Assembly (NCBI GenBank): GCA_043822705.1
Contig: JBDRBK010000065.1
Span: 1 to 28,196, forward strand
Direction: 5' to 3'
Origin: Fidelibacterota bacterium
GTDB lineage: Bacteria; Fidelibacterota; Marinisomatia; Marinisomatales; TCS56
DNA: 28,196 nucleotides
The position numbers were made by a program, and so were the translations under genes. The notes below the pieces were generated by a model, which saw nothing but the letters and a program-made list of their open reading frames with translations, did no database searches and was not told where the DNA came from. Positions within the stretch are counted from its first letter, which is position 1. Each line of letters opens with the position of its first letter. Below are positions 19,411 through 27,632 of this stretch, piece after piece.

Positions 19411-20007
19411 TTACAATTTAATCACGATGATGTCGGACGGCTGCCCGATCAACTGGTCGTCCCTGAAGTACTGGAAGTAGAATTCCGTGCCGGAGGCCGG
19501 GGTGGCGATCGAATAGGGCGATTTCATGTCGATGGCGACCTGGGCGAAGTCGGTCTCGCCGGGGTTGCGCCGGTAGACCACCACCGCCGAAAAGTAGTTG
19601 TGCAGGCTGAATTTGAAATCGTAGCCGGTGGCGCTCTTGCCCAGGGTGATCTCGGGGACGGCGGTGGCGGGATCGAAGCTGCTGCCTTCGCCGATCACGC
19701 CCAGCAGCTTGCCGATCGCTTCGGTGTAGGCCGGGGCGGCCTTGATCCGCCGCACCATCTCGCGGATCGCGGCAGTGTTGCTGTCGACCGTCGCCTTCTT
19801 TTCGCTGACCTTCTGCTCGTAGGCGATGCGGGCGGCGTTGGCGTTATCGATGGCGCCGCTGACGGCGCCGCAGGCGGTGCTCATGACGGTCACATCTTCG
19901 GCGCTGAAACCGAGCCCGGCCGCCTGGGCGGCGAACTGGGTGGCGAAATCGGTGCTCCACTGGGACAGTTTCGTGTCACTCTGTGGCAGGTACTCTTTTT
20001 TCTTCAT
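19411..20007 (-). CDS. Uncharacterised protein with an Ala-rich helical N-half and a beta-rich (Ig/FN3-like, inferred) C-half
   Basis: GGAG SD, strongly G/C-ending codons, own terminator; motifs Y-P-SD---W, VRRIK--PAYTEAIG--LG-IG, YRR-GE--F, SPY, IGQ-SD. Confidence 0.8.
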   Translation of the reverse strand: MKKKEYLPQSDTKLSQWSTDFATQFAAQAAGLGFSAEDVTVMSTACGAVSGAIDNANAARIAYEQKVSEKKATVDSNTAAIREMVRRIKAAPAYTEAIGKLLGVIGEGSSFDPATAVPEITLGKSATGYDFKFSLHNYFSAVVVYRRNPGETDFAQVAIDMKSPYSIATPASGTEFYFQYFRDDQLIGQPSDIIVIKL

Positions 20008-20063
20008 CTTATACTCCGATTAATAGGGTTACAGTATGTTCCATATCGTTAGAAGCCATAATT

Positions 20064-20327
20064 GCCGTCTTCAGGTGCCTTTGTAGCCGTCCATAAGGGG
20101 GTCTATTGCCAGCCCAAAAGGCGTATATTGCCGTCCATAGGGGGTGTTGTTGCCGTCCATGAGGGGGTATATTTCCGTGCATAGAGGGGTATATTGCCGT
20201 GCATGAGGGGGTCTATGGCCGTCCATAGGGGGGTATATTGCCGTCCATAGAGGGGTATATTGCCGTCCATGAGGGGGTATATTGCCGTGCATGAGGGGGT
20301 CTGTTACCGTCTGCAATTTGGTATTTA
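20064..20327. repeat. 22-bp tandem repeat array, about 12 units; consensus GCCGT(C/G)CATRRRGGGGTATATT
   Basis: Units start at 20064, 20086, 20108, 20130, 20152, 20174, 20196, 20218, 20240, 20262, 20284 and 20306, an exact 22-nt period; the first, third and last units are degenerate. Confidence 0.95.
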
Positions 20328-20489
20328 CCGTCGGTATATGGGTGGATCGGGAAATATCCGTGCTGGTTGGGCCGGCCGCCGGGGTGCCGGAATTCAGGTT
20401 ATTTACAGTCGATCTGAAGAAATGACAATACATGGTTACTAAACGATATCCGCCGAAATTTAGCAGGCCGCGGGGAATTGGGGCAAGGG

Positions 20490-20762
20490 AAATTTAAAAT
20501 ATGACCCTTAAAATGATTTTACTATTTTTATTGTTATTAGGTTGTAGAACCGGGTACTGATGACGTTTATAAAATGTTGAGCGTGCATAATCGTATTTAA
20601 TATTATTGTGCCAATTGGAGTGATTGCATAAATTACTCTTATCAATTAGGGGAGTTAGTTTTGTTGAATAATATTAAGTGCGGTTTTTATCGTTCTATTG
20701 GCAGGATAGAGGGCTTAATAATGGAGGCCGTTTTACGGGAAGTATCACCGGTTTAAAATAAG
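20490..20762. promoter_or_regulatory. AT-rich region upstream of the exonuclease-cas operon; probable promoter region
   Basis: Abrupt AT enrichment; candidate TTGAGC(20577)-18 nt-TATTAT(20601) on the + strand. Confidence 0.45.
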
Positions 20763-21287
20763 ATGCCGGATAAAATTGCACCTGGTACTGTCTATGCCAT
20801 TGATGTTGAAACCAGTGGTTTGAATCCGGCCGGTGACCGGGTGATCGAATATGGGGCGGTAAAAATACAGCGGGGGGAAATAAGCGCGGAAGCCACTACC
20901 TTGATCGATGTACCCTGCTGCATCCACCCCCAAGCACAACGCACCCATGGCATTGATGCGACAATGCTGGTCGGCCAACCGGGGCCGGAGGCCGCCTGGC
21001 GGGAATTCCTGGAGTTTATCGGCAAGGCACCGCTGATCGCCCATAACGCACCTTTTGATATTAGATTTATCAGCGCTGAGCTGAGTCGATTAGGGATAGG
21101 ACTACTTAATAAAAGTATTTGTACGCTACGTCTGACAAGGCGGCGCTACCCGCGTCTGAATAATCATAAGCTGGAAACGGTGGCCCGGCATGTCCTGGGC
21201 GAGATACCCGCTGATTGTCACCGACACCGCGCCCTGGGTGACGCCCGGCTGGTGGCCCGCCTGTGGCTGGCGCTGGAGGGAAAATGA
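20763..21287 (+). CDS. Stand-alone DEDDh (DnaQ-like) 3'-5' exonuclease
   Basis: ExoI IDVETSG, ExoII IAHNAPFD, ExoIII HRALGDA; TGA overlaps the cas3 ATG (ATGA 21284-21287). Confidence 0.92.
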   Translation: MPDKIAPGTVYAIDVETSGLNPAGDRVIEYGAVKIQRGEISAEATTLIDVPCCIHPQAQRTHGIDATMLVGQPGPEAAWREFLEFIGKAPLIAHNAPFDIRFISAELSRLGIGLLNKSICTLRLTRRRYPRLNNHKLETVARHVLGEIPADCHRHRALGDARLVARLWLALEGK

Positions 21288-23905
21288 AGGACAGGCCCGC
21301 CTATTATCGTTATTGGGGCAAGGCCGAAAAAGACAGCAACGGTTATCATCTGTTGCCTTACCACTGCCTGGATGTGGCGGCGGTGGGGCAAGTGTGGTGG
21401 CAGCAGAGCCAAATTATTCGCAATCGCTTTACTGCAATATCAAGTAAGTGCGAAAAAGAAGTATTTGCCTGGACGATGTTTTTTATTGTACTTCACGATT
21501 TAGGCAAGTTTGATGTACGGTTTCAACTCAAATTAAAAGATATTGCCTACCAATTATGGAATGAATTTCGGAATGCCGACGCAAGTCAATCATTCAAATA
21601 TTGGCACGGTGACTATACCGGCTATTGGATATTCCACGATTTAAACACACTGTACAATTGGAATAGTGAATTCAACTATGATGATCGTTGGGAAGCCTGG
21701 CAAGTGTGGGTTTTTGCAATTGCCGGTCATCATGGAATTATTCCCACTTATTTGGATGGCAATATCTCCCCGGCTGACAAAAGTGTTATTGAGCATGATG
21801 CTAAAGCGCGTTTGGAATTTATTGGTGAAATGGAGGCTCTTTTTCTCAAACCAGCCAATCTATCATTGTATGATATACCGCCGGTCTGCGATTCGGATTT
21901 TCTGGCCGGTTTCTGTTCCGTATGCGACTGGTTGGGGTCGACTCAATTTAATGTCGACAATGAAGAACGTTTCAGGTATCAGACTCAACATATGGCATTA
22001 AACGAATATTTCCTGAAAAGAATTCCTATCGCTGAAAAAGTGTTTCGGGAAAGTGGATTATTGCGAGAGACTACTGGAAAAAGCGGCATGCAAGGATTAT
22101 ATCCGAAGTTCACACCGCATTTGGTACAGACCTTGGTTGATGAATTACCGGTTACCGCGAGTTTGACCATCATCGAAGCCCCAACAGGTTCAGGAAAAAC
22201 CGAGGCAGCCTTAGCCTATGCCAGCCGGTTACTACAGGCCGGGGTGGTTGACAACATCGTTTTTGCTTTACCTACACAAGCGACTGCCAATGCCATGTTT
22301 GATCGGCTGATGGAAGTAGCCGATAATATTTATTCAACTAGCAACTTATTACTTGCCCACGGAAAAGCCCGGTTCAACGAACGATTCATGGATTTGAAGA
22401 AAGCAGCGAAGGTTAAATCACCACAAGATCGGGAACATGAACTGGAGGCGACAATTCAGTGCTCGCAGTGGCTGGCTCAGAGTCGCAAACGGATTTTTCT
22501 GGGGCAGATCGGTGTCTGCACGATCGACCAGGTCTTAATATCTGTGCTGCCGGTCAGACATAAATTTGTACGTTCGTTCGGACTGGGGAAAAGCGTGTTG
22601 ATTGTCGATGAAGTTCATGCTTATGACAGTTATATGTACGGCCTGTTGGAGTGTATTATAACAAAACAGCGGCAATTTAACAGTGCTGCAATATTATTGT
22701 CCGCAACACTTCCATCCGCGCAGAGAAATAACTTAATCAATGCCTGGGGAGTAGACGATGAAAGCGGAACGGATGCGTCGTACCCGTTAATTACTTCGGT
22801 TGCAGGAGGGAAACAGAAGTTCTTTACTTTATCTAAGAACGAACGAATTATATTAGATTCAACCGGGCGTAACATAGTGATTGAAATTGATGAACAACTG
22901 GCGATGCGATTTCAGGTCGAAACACTGTTGCAAGTAATTCAGGCAGCCAGTACCGGTGCGAATGTTGTTATAATATGCAACCTGGTTGCCGATGCCCAGG
23001 CAACGGTAGGACGCCTGATTGAATTAGGTTCGGAAACATTAGATATTTTCCATTCCCGATTCAGGTTCAAAGATCGTCAGAGTAAAGAGAATAAGGTAAT
23101 TAGAGAATATGGCAAGGGTGATCTGCGCAAGCAGGGTGGTATCCTGGTGGCAACGCCGGTAGTGGAACAAAGTCTTGATTTGGATTTCGATTGGATGTTG
23201 ACCCAACTGTGTCCCATTGATTTGTTGTTCCAGCGGTTGGGACGGTTGCACCGGCACGAACGAAAGCGTCCGGCCGGGTTTGAACGACCGCGCTGTGCGG
23301 TTGTTATCCCGCCCGATAATAATTATGAATTGCATAAACTGATTTACGGTAGTAAAAACGCACCTAACTCCCGAATCTTGTGGCGCACCGAGCAACTCTT
23401 GCGGCAAAATAAGGAATTAAGATTTCCTGATGTATACCGCCCGATGATAGAGAATGTCTATAACCAATCGCCTTGGCAAAATGAGCCGACTAATATTCGG
23501 GAAGAATACGAACGGTTTGAAATGGAACAGGAAGCAATTAGGGCAACAGCCTGGCAGTTAATGAATAGTAATCCCAATTTTGAAGATAGTGATTCCAAAG
23601 CAGCCCTGCTGACCCGCGACGGAGAAATGAACCTGAATGTTGTACCAGTGACCGGAGATGGCAGGAGCCGGGCGTTCCTGGATGGTAAATTTTTGGCAGG
23701 AATCGAAGAATACCAACTGGCCGAGGAAATCAGTCTAAACAGCATACCCATACCGGCAACCTGGAAGCATTTGCTACCGGTAGAACAAGACGGAATTATA
23801 TGGTTAACTATGGTACCTGTCGGCGATGGTATATGGCAGGCGGAATATCCAAAAACAACATTCAGCTATACTATCTCAAACGGACTGGAGAGAAAAGACC
23901 AATGA
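21284..23905 (+). CDS. cas3: CRISPR-associated nuclease/helicase Cas3 (type I-E)
   Basis: HD domain (YWGK, HCLDVA, HDLGK, GHHG, DWLGS) plus SF2 helicase (APTGSGKT, DEVH, SAT, QR-GRLHRH); GGAGGG SD before ATG 21284. Confidence 0.97.
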   Translation: MKDRPAYYRYWGKAEKDSNGYHLLPYHCLDVAAVGQVWWQQSQIIRNRFTAISSKCEKEVFAWTMFFIVLHDLGKFDVRFQLKLKDIAYQLWNEFRNADASQSFKYWHGDYTGYWIFHDLNTLYNWNSEFNYDDRWEAWQVWVFAIAGHHGIIPTYLDGNISPADKSVIEHDAKARLEFIGEMEALFLKPANLSLYDIPPVCDSDFLAGFCSVCDWLGSTQFNVDNEERFRYQTQHMALNEYFLKRIPIAEKVFRESGLLRETTGKSGMQGLYPKFTPHLVQTLVDELPVTASLTIIEAPTGSGKTEAALAYASRLLQAGVVDNIVFALPTQATANAMFDRLMEVADNIYSTSNLLLAHGKARFNERFMDLKKAAKVKSPQDREHELEATIQCSQWLAQSRKRIFLGQIGVCTIDQVLISVLPVRHKFVRSFGLGKSVLIVDEVHAYDSYMYGLLECIITKQRQFNSAAILLSATLPSAQRNNLINAWGVDDESGTDASYPLITSVAGGKQKFFTLSKNERIILDSTGRNIVIEIDEQLAMRFQVETLLQVIQAASTGANVVIICNLVADAQATVGRLIELGSETLDIFHSRFRFKDRQSKENKVIREYGKGDLRKQGGILVATPVVEQSLDLDFDWMLTQLCPIDLLFQRLGRLHRHERKRPAGFERPRCAVVIPPDNNYELHKLIYGSKNAPNSRILWRTEQLLRQNKELRFPDVYRPMIENVYNQSPWQNEPTNIREEYERFEMEQEAIRATAWQLMNSNPNFEDSDSKAALLTRDGEMNLNVVPVTGDGRSRAFLDGKFLAGIEEYQLAEEISLNSIPIPATWKHLLPVEQDGIIWLTMVPVGDGIWQAEYPKTTFSYTISNGLERKDQ

Positions 23906-25371
23906 ATTTACTTACCGATCAATGGATACCCGTTCATCAGGATGGGAAACGACAACTGATACATTTGCAGGACGTGCTTTGCACCAACAGCGATTGGCAG
24001 CTATCATTACCGCGCGACGATATGGAAATGGCTTGCCTGCAATTAATGATTTGCCTGACACAGGTGATATTTACGCCGCAAGATGCTCGTGAATTAATGC
24101 AACGTATTTCCCGACCGTTGACTGCAGCCGAGTATCTTGACGGTATCGCGCAATATATCGAATGGTTTGATTTGAACCATCCAGAAACACCATTTATGCA
24201 GGTACGAGGTGTCAAGGCGGAAAAATCGACCCCAATTCAGAAGCTATTTGTTGGTTTACCGGAGGGAAATAATCATTGTTTCTTTAACGATCCAGGTGAA
24301 CTAACAGCGGTAAGCGAATCGGCGGCGGCCATTGCACTGTTTAATCAGGCAATAGATTGTCCGAGTTTGGGGGGTGGTTTTAAGGGTGGTCTTCGTGGAA
24401 ATACCTCAATCACGACTTTTATTATTGGAAATATACTTCGACACACTATTTGGAATAATGTTTTACATGAGGATTCAATACGAGAAATAATGCCCCAGTA
24501 TAACAAAACAAATCTAAATGATAAACCGGTATGGGTTGATCCAGTCTTACCCAAATCAAGTATTACTGCCAGTAGCATCGGTTTATTGCGTGGTCTATTC
24601 TGGCAACCGGTGCATATAGAATTGAATTTCACTTCCGGTGGTGTCTGTCAATGTTATGGATCTGAAGAAGCGGTATTGGTTTCGGGATTTAATAAAGAGA
24701 AATTTGTTTATGAAATAATCGGACAATGGATTCATCCCCATTCGCCACGTTATTGGCAAGTGAATAAGGGGGAGAAGGAAGTAAAGTATGTTTCATTCGC
24801 AACAATAGCCCCTGCCTGGACACAACTTACAAGATTTACGATACAGCAAGAATCCGATAAGGAAGGTCAGGAACCGGCGGCTGTTATCAATCAATATCGC
24901 CGATTAAACGTTTCTAGGCTGTTGGTAATGATGTTGGGTGGTTATCGTGCAAAAAAAGCTTCGGTTATTCAGCGCCGCCATGAGTTGATAACATTGGCTA
25001 ATGGTTGGGATAATTACCTGGATGAATTAAAAGCCATGGTAGATACGGCAATTGAGATAAAGGTGGCCCTGCGTAACAAACTTTATGGGTTTGCTAAAAC
25101 CTGCGGGGCAAGCGGCTTGCCTCTGGAGGCGGAGGTGGCGTATTATAACCAGACCGAATCGATTATTCACACCAGACTACGGCACGTGGATTGGCGGGAA
25201 GCCCAACAGGTGCGAACGCGGATGGTTGAGGAATTAACCCGGATCAGCAGGAGCATATTTGAGGATTTAGTAAGACCCTATAAACATGAGCCCAAGATGA
25301 TCCGGGCTTTGGCAACGGCCCGTAGAAATATGGAGCAAGAATTTAATCGAATAAAAGGAGAACAGGTATGA
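23902..25371 (+). CDS. cas8e: Type I-E Cascade large subunit Cas8e/Cse1
   Basis: MNLL-D-WIPV, LPRDDME-A-LQL, PFMQ-RGV, AIALFNQA, GGGFK-GLRG, GL-RGLFWQP-H; ATGA overlap with the cas3 stop. Confidence 0.95.
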   Translation: MNLLTDQWIPVHQDGKRQLIHLQDVLCTNSDWQLSLPRDDMEMACLQLMICLTQVIFTPQDARELMQRISRPLTAAEYLDGIAQYIEWFDLNHPETPFMQVRGVKAEKSTPIQKLFVGLPEGNNHCFFNDPGELTAVSESAAAIALFNQAIDCPSLGGGFKGGLRGNTSITTFIIGNILRHTIWNNVLHEDSIREIMPQYNKTNLNDKPVWVDPVLPKSSITASSIGLLRGLFWQPVHIELNFTSGGVCQCYGSEEAVLVSGFNKEKFVYEIIGQWIHPHSPRYWQVNKGEKEVKYVSFATIAPAWTQLTRFTIQQESDKEGQEPAAVINQYRRLNVSRLLVMMLGGYRAKKASVIQRRHELITLANGWDNYLDELKAMVDTAIEIKVALRNKLYGFAKTCGASGLPLEAEVAYYNQTESIIHTRLRHVDWREAQQVRTRMVEELTRISRSIFEDLVRPYKHEPKMIRALATARRNMEQEFNRIKGEQV

Positions 25372-25805
25372 GTATGGATTTCAAGGCGCTGGTTGACCGG
25401 CTTGATAAGCTGGGAACCGGCCCGCGCGCCGAATTGCGGCGTTGTGCCACACCGCAGGATGTGGCGTTGGTTCCAGCCTTTTACCGGCTGTTCGTTGGTA
25501 TCAAAACCGACCTGCGGCACCAGCGAATCGCCTTTTTTTTACCGTTGGTAAGGCATAAGGAAGGCGGAATCAGGATGGGCCAGCAACTGGCCAAGGCCAA
25601 AATAAACGAGCAACGCATGTTCCAGGTGTTGCGTTCGCAACCGCCGAATGATCTGATCCAGCTACGTCGGTTGGTACAACAGGCAGAACCACAGGTGGAT
25701 TGGCAGAAATTCGGGGAAATGCTGTACTATTGGGGGCCTGAACAGAAACAGCGGTTACTGGAAGATTATTTTATGCATCAACAACCAAAGGATAAGGAGC
25801 AATAA
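25368..25805 (+). CDS. cse2: Type I-E small subunit Cas11/Cse2
   Basis: G-RAELRR, PAFYRL, R-FQ--R--PNDLIQLRRL, DW, LLEDY; position between cas8e and cas7. Confidence 0.93.
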   Translation: MSMDFKALVDRLDKLGTGPRAELRRCATPQDVALVPAFYRLFVGIKTDLRHQRIAFFLPLVRHKEGGIRMGQQLAKAKINEQRMFQVLRSQPPNDLIQLRRLVQQAEPQVDWQKFGEMLYYWGPEQKQRLLEDYFMHQQPKDKEQ

Positions 25806-25807
25806 CC

Positions 25808-26974
25808 ATGGGCAAGAATTACATCAACTATCATATTCTCATTTCACACAGTCCATCTTGTCTCAATCGTGACGATATGAATATGCAGAAATCGGCCGTT
25901 TTCGGTGGTGTACGCCGGGTGCGTATTTCCTCGCAGTCGCTTAAACGGGCACTTAGAAAGAGTGATTACTACATCGCCAATATAGGTAAGCCGTCAATCA
26001 GAACGCGGGAACTTGGTAAATTACAATCAGCATGTGTTAACGCTCTAAGAGATAAGTATGACGAGGGACAAATAATAAAGGCCCTTGAATTGATTTCAGG
26101 TAAAGAAGGCTTGCCTGAATTATCAACCAAGTCAATTGCTGTTGCACCCTGGGTTGTGGATGAGGTTGCTTATTTTTGCGAACTGGTTGCTGCCGCCGGT
26201 AATGATGCTGATCCAAAGAAAATGGGCAAACAAATTGAAAAGGATACCCGCCCACTAAGAGCAGCACTGGCCAGTGCGGTTGATATTGCTTTGTCAGGTA
26301 GAATGGCAACTTCGGGATTAATGAGTAATATCGATGGGGCAATGTCTATTGCCCATAGTATCACCACCCATGCCGTCGATGCGGATATTGATTGGTTTAC
26401 AGCAGTTGATGATCTGGTGGAAGATGAGAAGAATCAAAGGATCGGTGGTGAAACAGAACAAGGAAAGGGTGAGCAGGGTGCCGGCCACCTGGATACCCAG
26501 GAATTCAGTGCTGGTGTGTTTTATCGCTATGCCAGTCTAAATCTAAAGCAATTGCAGGTGAACCTGGGTTTATTGCCGGATATTATGGCCGATGAAACAA
26601 CGGTCAGCCGTAAAACCGCCCTTGAAATCGCAAAACATGTGCTTCATATGCTGGCTATGGTTATACCGTCCGCTAAACAACAAAGCCATGCCGCTTATAA
26701 TCCCGCCGATTTTGTTTTGGTATCATTCAGCGACTTGCCGGTTTCACTGGCGAATGCTTATGAAAAACCAGTCAAAGCAGTGGATGGTTTCCTTAAGCCG
26801 TCTATTATCGGTTTAAAAGAGTATTGGGCAACAGTTCACAAGGGTTATGGCTTGGATGAAAAAGCGGCCAGTTTCGAACTGGGCTGTCAGAATACTAGTA
26901 ATGACCTATCGTGTTTTACTTCATTGCTTGATTTGGAAACCTGGCTCGAATCGGACGGTGAACGGGGCGAGTAA
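25808..26974 (+). CDS. cas7: Type I-E backbone subunit Cas7/Cse4
   Basis: [64 protein letters not shown], KQ---AA. Confidence 0.97.
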   Translation: [388 protein letters not shown]

Positions 26975-26975
26975 C

Positions 26976-27632
26976 ATGAAACGCTACTTGGCAATTAAAC
27001 TTCAAGGATTAATGCAAGCCTGGGGCGGCCATACCTATGAGGATTTTAGGCACAGTGAGGTTGTCCCAACGCGTAGTGGAGTACTGGGTTTGCTGGCAGC
27101 CTGTATAGGTATCGATCGGCATAATATTACCAGATTGGAAAACCTGTCAGCCAGCATTGCCTTGGCAGTACGGGTGGATTCGAAGCCAACCAGAATCACC
27201 GATTTTCATACTGTTGAGAAAGCGCGAAAAGTAGATGGCACCCCTAATGATAATCCAGTAGTATCCCGGCGGGAATACCTTTGTGATGCGTTTTATACAC
27301 TTCTGGTGTGGAATACATTGTCCACAGGTATTAGTATCGATACGATTGCAGAAAAGGTTCGCGAGCCGGTTTATACGCCCTTTCTGGGCCGGCGATCATG
27401 TCCGTTAGGTCAGCCACTGTTTATCGGATTTATTACATCTGATAACCTGGCTGATGCTTACCGACAAATTGAACCTAAGGGCGGTGTTATTTACAGTGAT
27501 GAACGAATAAATGAAAATGATGCCATCTGGCGTTTACGTGATGAACCAGTTTATGCCCGCAAGCGACAGTTTGCATCAAGGACAATATTCATTCATTCAC
27601 CTGGAAAGGAGGCAGGTTATGCATCTAAGTAG
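26976..27632 (+). CDS. cas5: Type I-E Cas5/CasD
   Basis: L-G-MQAWG, R-----PTRSGVLGLLAAC-GI-R, DFHTV, S-REYLCDA, P-YTP-LGRRSCP. Confidence 0.96.
   Translation: MKRYLAIKLQGLMQAWGGHTYEDFRHSEVVPTRSGVLGLLAACIGIDRHNITRLENLSASIALAVRVDSKPTRITDFHTVEKARKVDGTPNDNPVVSRREYLCDAFYTLLVWNTLSTGISIDTIAEKVREPVYTPFLGRRSCPLGQPLFIGFITSDNLADAYRQIEPKGGVIYSDERINENDAIWRLRDEPVYARKRQFASRTIFIHSPGKEAGYASK

Noticed and set aside
20096..20300. G-quadruplex from the G4-G6 runs in the 22-bp units
   Set aside because: Loops of about 16-18 nt between G-runs are long for a stable quadruplex; it cannot be supported from sequence alone.
20064..20327. 22-bp array as a CRISPR array for the neighbouring type I-E system
   Set aside because: Units are contiguous with no unique spacers, and they lack the ~29-nt CCCCGC/GCGGGG-type palindrome and ~61-nt period of type I-E arrays.
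20463..20479. Minus-strand ATTCCCCGCGGCCTGC resembling the 5' half of a type I-E repeat (solitary or regulatory repeat)
   Set aside because: Only a short partial match; the second arm of the hairpin and any second repeat at spacer distance are missing. Worth rechecking once the cognate repeat is known.
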